Positions 32,236 through 36,195 of a stretch of DNA of 36,195 nt are shown in pieces (position 1 is the stretch's first letter; every line of letters begins with the position of its first letter). A program made the translations under genes and the position numbers. Below the pieces are notes generated by a model that did no database searches, had not been told where the DNA came from, and was given only the letters and a program-made list of their open reading frames with translations. This DNA is from a virus: the IMG/VR virus record IMGVR_UViG_3300045988_104880. One strand, given 5' to 3'.

Positions 32236-32435
32236 TGCAGGAGACGCCTCCCCTCGATGTCGAGATCACTCGCGCGATAGCCCGCGCACACATCCTCTAC
32301 GCAAACCGACCGCACGTCGACGAGCGTGTGCATCGCCTGGTCATGGAGGCCTGCGCCAGCGCCGCTCACTACCCGGTCGAGGTCAAGCCCTCACGGTCGG
32401 CGCTCGCGCCGATGAGGCCTCGCCGATCCGCTTAA
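32235..32435 (+). CDS. Hypothetical protein (66 aa)
   Basis: ATG overlaps the upstream TGA and the gene is packed in the operon. Confidence 0.45.
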   Translation: MQETPPLDVEITRAIARAHILYANRPHVDERVHRLVMEACASAAHYPVEVKPSRSALAPMRPRRSA

Positions 32436-32465
32436 CCACCAACACCAAGAACAGAAGGAATCACA

Positions 32466-33755
32466 ATGAGCAAGAAGTTCTGGGCAGCAGGCGCTGCCCT
32501 CACCCTCGCGGCGCTCGCGCTGCCCTACGGCGCCGCATACGCCGCCGACGAGGCCGCACCGGCCATGACCGCGCAGGTTACCAAGGCGACCAGCGCCTCC
32601 CGCCAGACCTCGAGTGAGGTCACCGTCGAGGGAACCTGGTCCGCGCCGAAGCTCGCGGTCGGCCAGCACTTCACAGTTGCCAGCAAGGACGGCAGCTTCA
32701 AGTGGTATGCCGGCTTTCCCTTCGTCCTCGACGACGGGACCAAGATCGGCGACTGCGAGGCCGACGAGGCGACTCTGACCTGCACGGTCGCCGAGGTTCC
32801 CGCGTCCTACGCGGACAAGACCGACGTGTCCGGAAACTTCCATGCCCGCGCGCGTCTCTCGGACGCCGCAGTCGGCACTGAGGACACGCAGATCGTCGTG
32901 AACGGCCAAGTCACGCGCACGCTCGTCTGGGGCGACCGTGACGGATCGGGCACCTGCACGAACGACTGCTCGACGCCGGCGCACTTCGAGTACGCAGCGC
33001 CAGAAACGATTAAGTTCGGGTGGACCAATGCTGACAAGTCGATCGGCTGGGGCATCAAGTGGGCAGTTGAAGCCGGAAAGACCTACACGCTGACGGACGA
33101 GACGAACGCTCTGCCGAAGGCCGTGAAGTGTTCGTCCGGCCCGACCTGGGATCCGGCGACGACGACCTGGACCGAGGGCTCTCTCGATGAGTCCGCGCAT
33201 ACGTTGACGTTCACGCCGCCTGCTGGCTCGCTGGTGTGCGTCGTCTACCCTGCGGCGACCCCACACGTTGAGGGCCAGGACGCCTATACCAACCGCGCGA
33301 CGATCAACGGCAAGAGCCTTGAGGCGACTGCGACGATCAAGGCCTCGGGCGGTACGGACGGCGACGGTAAGACCAAGCCGCAGCCCGTGCCGGTCCCCAC
33401 GCCTGACGCGAGCATGCCGACCCCCGCGCCGGTCCCGTCTCCTCTCCCGAAGCCTTCGCCGAAGCCGACCCCGGTTCCGACTCCCTCGGATGAGCCGCAG
33501 TCTGCGCCGACCCCGACGCCTACTCCTACGACCGCGCCGAAGCCTGAGCCGACGGCTACGCCGGTCACCGAGAAGCCTCAGCCGGAACCTGCGCCCGCTA
33601 CCGTCCAGGCCCCGCAGGAGCGCCTCGCTAAGACGGGCGCGACCACTGACGGGATCGGCCTCGCAGTCGGGATCATCGCCTTCGGTATCGGCGTTGGCCT
33701 CGTCATCCTCCGCCTGCTTGAAGGGCGCAAGAACGAAGAGGAGACCGCCCGATGA
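32466..33755 (+). CDS. Secreted, sortase-anchored (LAKTG) surface protein with an adhesin-like N-terminal domain
   Basis: Sec signal MSKKFWAAGAALTLAALALPYGAAYA|AD. The body is beta-rich, with GQHFTVASKDGSFKW...LDDGTKIGDCEADEATLTCTV...VSGNFHARARL. A Pro/Thr-rich spacer follows, then LAKTG (33624-33638), a hydrophobic segment and a charged tail. Confidence 0.8.
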   Translation: MSKKFWAAGAALTLAALALPYGAAYAADEAAPAMTAQVTKATSASRQTSSEVTVEGTWSAPKLAVGQHFTVASKDGSFKWYAGFPFVLDDGTKIGDCEADEATLTCTVAEVPASYADKTDVSGNFHARARLSDAAVGTEDTQIVVNGQVTRTLVWGDRDGSGTCTNDCSTPAHFEYAAPETIKFGWTNADKSIGWGIKWAVEAGKTYTLTDETNALPKAVKCSSGPTWDPATTTWTEGSLDESAHTLTFTPPAGSLVCVVYPAATPHVEGQDAYTNRATINGKSLEATATIKASGGTDGDGKTKPQPVPVPTPDASMPTPAPVPSPLPKPSPKPTPVPTPSDEPQSAPTPTPTPTTAPKPEPTATPVTEKPQPEPAPATVQAPQERLAKTGATTDGIGLAVGIIAFGIGVGLVILRLLEGRKNEEETAR

Positions 33756-34078
33756 GCGCTAAGCACCTCGAAAACCCGGTAACGCTCACCATCGAAGCAG
33801 CTGACGTTTTCTATCTGCGCGAGTTCCTGTACGAGGAGAGCATCAGTGCCGAGGTCGATTTCGAGAACGTCGAGACCATGCACAACGACAGAGTTCGCCA
33901 AGCAGCGAAGATAGCCCTCAGCCGCGAGCGCACGAAGATGACGAAGATCATCGATGTCCTGGACGCAGCCCTGGACGCAGCCGACGTGCGCGACCGGCTC
34001 GCAAAGAAGATCGCCTCCATGTCCGACCCCCTACAGGCCGCTGATGAAGTCGGTACCGAGACGGAGGAGGGAAAGTGA
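33752..34078 (+). CDS. Acidic hypothetical protein (108 aa)
   Basis: ATGA overlap with the surface-protein gene. GC is lower, about 53-57% in the 60-nt lines I counted. Confidence 0.55.
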   Translation: MSAKHLENPVTLTIEAADVFYLREFLYEESISAEVDFENVETMHNDRVRQAAKIALSRERTKMTKIIDVLDAALDAADVRDRLAKKIASMSDPLQAADEVGTETEEGK

Positions 34079-34326
34079 AGGGCAGATACATCGCGGTCTA
34101 TCTCGAAACCTCTCAGGTGCTGGCTCTGCTGTACGACGCGCAGGAGACGGTCCTCGCCGCTGATGAGGATCTGGAGATCACGGAGAAAATCAGCAACATC
34201 GCGGCCCGCCGCATCGCTCGCGAAGAGATCGACAAGAACCGCGACCTGTATGTAGAGATCGTCGGCAAGCTCCAGGAAGCATCCGAGCGCCTCAACGTCG
34301 GTGAGGGCGACTACATCGACGAGTAA
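34075..34326 (+). CDS. Acidic hypothetical protein (83 aa)
   Basis: GTGA overlap. The sequence is helical and acidic. Confidence 0.55.
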   Translation: MKGRYIAVYLETSQVLALLYDAQETVLAADEDLEITEKISNIAARRIAREEIDKNRDLYVEIVGKLQEASERLNVGEGDYIDE

Positions 34327-34424
34327 GCACACTCCCCGATGAGCGCGACCATCGAGGAGGCCACCCGCCACCCGGAAAAACAAGGCGGGACAGGCTAAAG
34401 ATCGCGCAGCCCGACAAGCAGACT

Positions 34425-34459
34425 CCCGGGTGCAAGTCCCGGGCGGGCACGAAGCCCGC
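34425..34459 (+). other. Two adjacent GC hairpins in a 174-nt non-coding gap
   Basis: CCCGGG-tgcaagt-CCCGGG at 34425-34443 and GCGGGC-acgaa-GCCCGC at 34443-34459. Confidence 0.5.
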
Positions 34460-34500
34460 ACCAGCGAGTGCAGGGCAAGACCCCTAGAGAAGGACCACCA

Positions 34501-34854
34501 ATGACCACCATCAACGAGATCAAGGACCGCTTGAACGCGATCGCGTTCGCGGGCCGCAGCTACGCCGGGGCCGACCGCGCCGCCGTCGCAAAGGCCTACG
34601 GAGACGCTGTCGCAGCCTTCGACCAGAACGCCGCTGTCGATATGGCATATCTCCTCGACCGAGTCGAGGAGCTGCAGAAAGCGATCACCGTCGCCGCCGC
34701 CGAGCTCGCAGACGCCGCCGACACCATCTCCGACCGATACGCCGGCACCGACGCCGAGGCACTCGAGGTCCGGCTCCTGGTCGGAGATCCCGTCGACAAG
34801 CTCGTCAACGTCGCACAGGGCGCTGCGATCTCACCCAAGGAGGCGGGAGAATGA
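34501..34854 (+). CDS. Hypothetical protein (117 aa)
   Basis: ATG 34501 follows AGAGAAGGA. The sequence is Ala-rich and helical. Confidence 0.55.
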   Translation: MTTINEIKDRLNAIAFAGRSYAGADRAAVAKAYGDAVAAFDQNAAVDMAYLLDRVEELQKAITVAAAELADAADTISDRYAGTDAEALEVRLLVGDPVDKLVNVAQGAAISPKEAGE

Positions 34855-35153
34855 GCGGCGCCGGACTCCTGAGTATCGAATGGGAGATCACAGACCAACA
34901 TCTCCCCATGCCGCACATCGTCGCGACTGCCTGCGCCGCTTTCGTCGAGGAAGCCGAGCGCCGCGGACTCGTCATCCGCTCCGGCCCCTCCCCCTCGGTT
35001 CTACACGCACTAAGGCTCGTCAAAGTCACGGGCAAGGTCACCAAGCCTGACGACGTCGTCGAGGAGCCGTGCCCGCCGCACACGCTGCGCCGCTGCCCGG
35101 CCTGCGGCGTCCACATCTACGACCTAACCGACCCCGAGGGAGACGACAAGTGA
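34851..35153 (+). CDS. Hypothetical protein with a C-terminal CxxC...CPAC motif (100 aa)
   Basis: ATGA overlap. PCPPHTLRRCPACG. Confidence 0.55.
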   Translation: MSGAGLLSIEWEITDQHLPMPHIVATACAAFVEEAERRGLVIRSGPSPSVLHALRLVKVTGKVTKPDDVVEEPCPPHTLRRCPACGVHIYDLTDPEGDDK

Positions 35154-35392
35154 TCGAGATCAAGCCCGCGCGCAACGTCCCGGGCTTTCGCTACTGCCCC
35201 GTCTGCCGCACACGCCTCGCCCCCAGAGGCTCAAACGTCACCGTCACGATTGACGCAGAAAACGAAGCAACCGCAATCAAGACGACCACGCACACAGCCT
35301 GTGCGCGAACGATCATCGAGTTCACCCGCGCTCGCGGCTACACGCCTGCCGAGCTCGCTGAGGTCGGCATCTGGGCTGAGGAACAGCGATGA
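35150..35392 (+). CDS. Small zinc-finger-like protein (80 aa)
   Basis: GTGA overlap start at 35150. FRYCPVCRTRL...HTACAR. The ORF-track extension from 35069 overlaps the previous gene. Confidence 0.5.
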   Translation: MIEIKPARNVPGFRYCPVCRTRLAPRGSNVTVTIDAENEATAIKTTTHTACARTIIEFTRARGYTPAELAEVGIWAEEQR

Positions 35393-36195
35393 CGGCTATC
35401 GGAAGCCTGTTCACGGGTTATGGCGGTCTTGATATGGCTGTGCGTATGGCCCTTGATCCGTCGGCGCGGGTCGCGTGGACGAGCGATGTTGAGCCGGGGC
35501 CGTGCAGGCTGGCTGAGGTGCGCTGGCCTGGTGTGCCGAATCTCGGCGACATCACGCAGGTTGATTGGTCGGACGTTGAGCCGGTCGACGTCATCTGCGG
35601 GGGGTCTCCCTGTCAGGATCTGAGCCTCGCGGGTAGGCGCGCGGGCATGGCCTCGGGGACGAGATCGGGCCTGTGGGAGTCGATGTTCACGGCAATTAAG
35701 ACGCTGCGTCCGCGTCTGGTAGTATGGGAAAACGTGCGAGGGAGTTTGACAAGTGGAGCCTACAGTCTGGTGGAATCAGAACAGGGACTGCTGGGAGACC
35801 GAGCAGATGGACCTGTTCTCCGAGCGGCCGGTCGTGTGGTCGGAGATCTGGCCGGCATCGGGTATGACTCGCAATGGTGCGTTGTCCGTGCTTCCGACAT
35901 CGGTGCCCCTCATCAGCGAGAGCGACTTTTCCTTACTAGCCACCCCGCAGGCGAACCTTGGCAGCTGCGGGGGCTCGCAGACACCGGAGAAGCGGCGGGC
36001 CGGGGGACACTCGGTGAGTCTCGCGGATCAGATCGAGCACCTGGTGCCCTGATCCCGACGCCGACCGCGTCGGACCACAAGGCCGGGCGCCACCAGGCGG
36101 GGACGGGAATGAGCCTGTCCCAGGCGGTGCAGATGCTGCCGACGCCGGTCGCGCAGCCCTCGGGCAACTCTCCCGAGGCGCACCTGCGCAAAAAG
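35389..36195 (+). CDS. DNA (cytosine-5) methyltransferase, N-terminal part; runs off the window end and continues at 1..653
   Basis: ATGA overlap start at 35389. This ORF is absent from the track because it has no stop inside the window. Motifs seen: I LFTGYGG, IV GGSPCQD, VI VWENVRG, VIII GAPHQRERLF, preceded by LRAAGRVVGDLAGIGYDSQWCVVRASD. Joined length is 1341 nt, 446 aa. Confidence 0.85.
   Translation, partial: MTAIGSLFTGYGGLDMAVRMALDPSARVAWTSDVEPGPCRLAEVRWPGVPNLGDITQVDWSDVEPVDVICGGSPCQDLSLAGRRAGMASGTRSGLWESMFTAIKTLRPRLVVWENVRGSLTSGAYSLVESEQGLLGDRADGPVLRAAGRVVGDLAGIGYDSQWCVVRASDIGAPHQRERLFLTSHPAGEPWQLRGLADTGEAAGRGTLGESRGSDRAPGALIPTPTASDHKAGRHQAGTGMSLSQAVQMLPTPVAQPSGNSPEAHLRKK
36077..36195. 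repeat. Right copy of the 119-bp exact terminal overlap (same as 1-119)
   Basis: Same comparison as for the left copy. The overlap lies inside one continuous reading frame of the methyltransferase gene. Confidence 0.97.

Larger units (their letters stand above)
1..36195. mobile_element. Complete temperate phage genome in circular/attP form (unique length 36076 bp)
   Basis: Full set of phage modules is present: terminase, portal, capsid, tail, lysis, integrase and a CI/Cro switch. There are no host-like flanks. The window ends overlap exactly by 119 bp. Confidence 0.9.

Noticed and set aside
34425-34460. Possible tRNA gene or riboswitch, suggested by GGGTGCAAGTCCCGG (T-arm-like, and reminiscent of the GGTG.AA.TCC box of cobalamin riboswitches).
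   Set aside because: No acceptor stem partner (TGCCCGC) and no anticodon or D arms are found upstream. The loop has G where the invariant second T of a T-loop should be. No B12-box (GCCACTG) or other riboswitch core is present.
35753-35935. The +1 frame ORF upstream of 35935 reads DLFSERPVVWSEIWPASGMTRNGALSVLPTSVPLISESDFS. At first sight it resembles a conserved methylase segment and suggests dual coding with the frame-1 motif VII/VIII region.
   Set aside because: Frame 1 here carries unmistakable methyltransferase motifs (LRAAGRVVGDLAGIGYDSQWCVVRASDIGAPHQRERLF). The W-P-x-S pattern is what the +1 frame of GDLAxxGYD codons produces in high-GC coding, and its high third-position GC simply mirrors first-position GC of frame 1. 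Only the part downstream of 35935 is retained as a finding.

Overview
This window is a complete, circularly closed genome of a high-GC temperate siphovirus-type phage from an actinobacterial host. Bases 1-119 are identical to 36077-36195, so the unique length is 36,076 bp. Integrase and a candidate attP lie inside the sequence and no host flank is present, so this is the non-integrated (attP) form. All calls come from reading the ORF track and the DNA by eye; no searches were run, so family names are motif-level recognitions only.

Layout by coordinate:
- C5-cytosine DNA methyltransferase spanning the closure point (35389..36076 joined to 1..653).
- Early and replication-type genes at 650-4140: RusA-like resolvase, SSB, a zinc ribbon protein, an HNH-domain protein and an HTH protein.
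- Packaging and virion module at 4294-22709: HNH endonuclease, small and large terminase, portal, MuF-like protein, scaffold, major capsid, connectors, major tail, G/T chaperone, tape measure and minor tail proteins.
- Lysis cassette at 22781-24669: CHAP endolysin, holin and a membrane coiled-coil protein.
- A late module placed after the lysis genes at 24666-27135: fibre-like proteins and a GDPD-like enzyme.
- Minus-strand lysogeny side at 27194-30734: a three-gene cassette, tyrosine integrase, attP, a PH-like gene and a CI-like repressor.
- A divergent CI/Cro switch with three palindromic operators.
- Rightward early operon at 30850-35392: Cro-like protein, small membrane proteins, an excisionase-family HTH protein, an LAKTG-anchored surface protein and small acidic or zinc-finger proteins.

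Most interesting observations:
- The portal ORF stops at a G7 run, and its -1 frame continues cleanly to the next gene.
- A 38-codon segment of the methyltransferase fits the +1 frame, flanked by two compensating 1-nt frame changes.
- A reverse-oriented, self-promoted AEP primase-polymerase-like gene sits between the HNH endonuclease and terS.
- A self-contained promoter/palindrome/acidic-protein/HTH/HTH cassette lies next to the integrase; it is a candidate anti-defence or other uncharacterised system.
- A sortase-substrate adhesin-like gene is embedded in the early lytic operon.
- A fibre plus GDPD module follows the lysis cassette.
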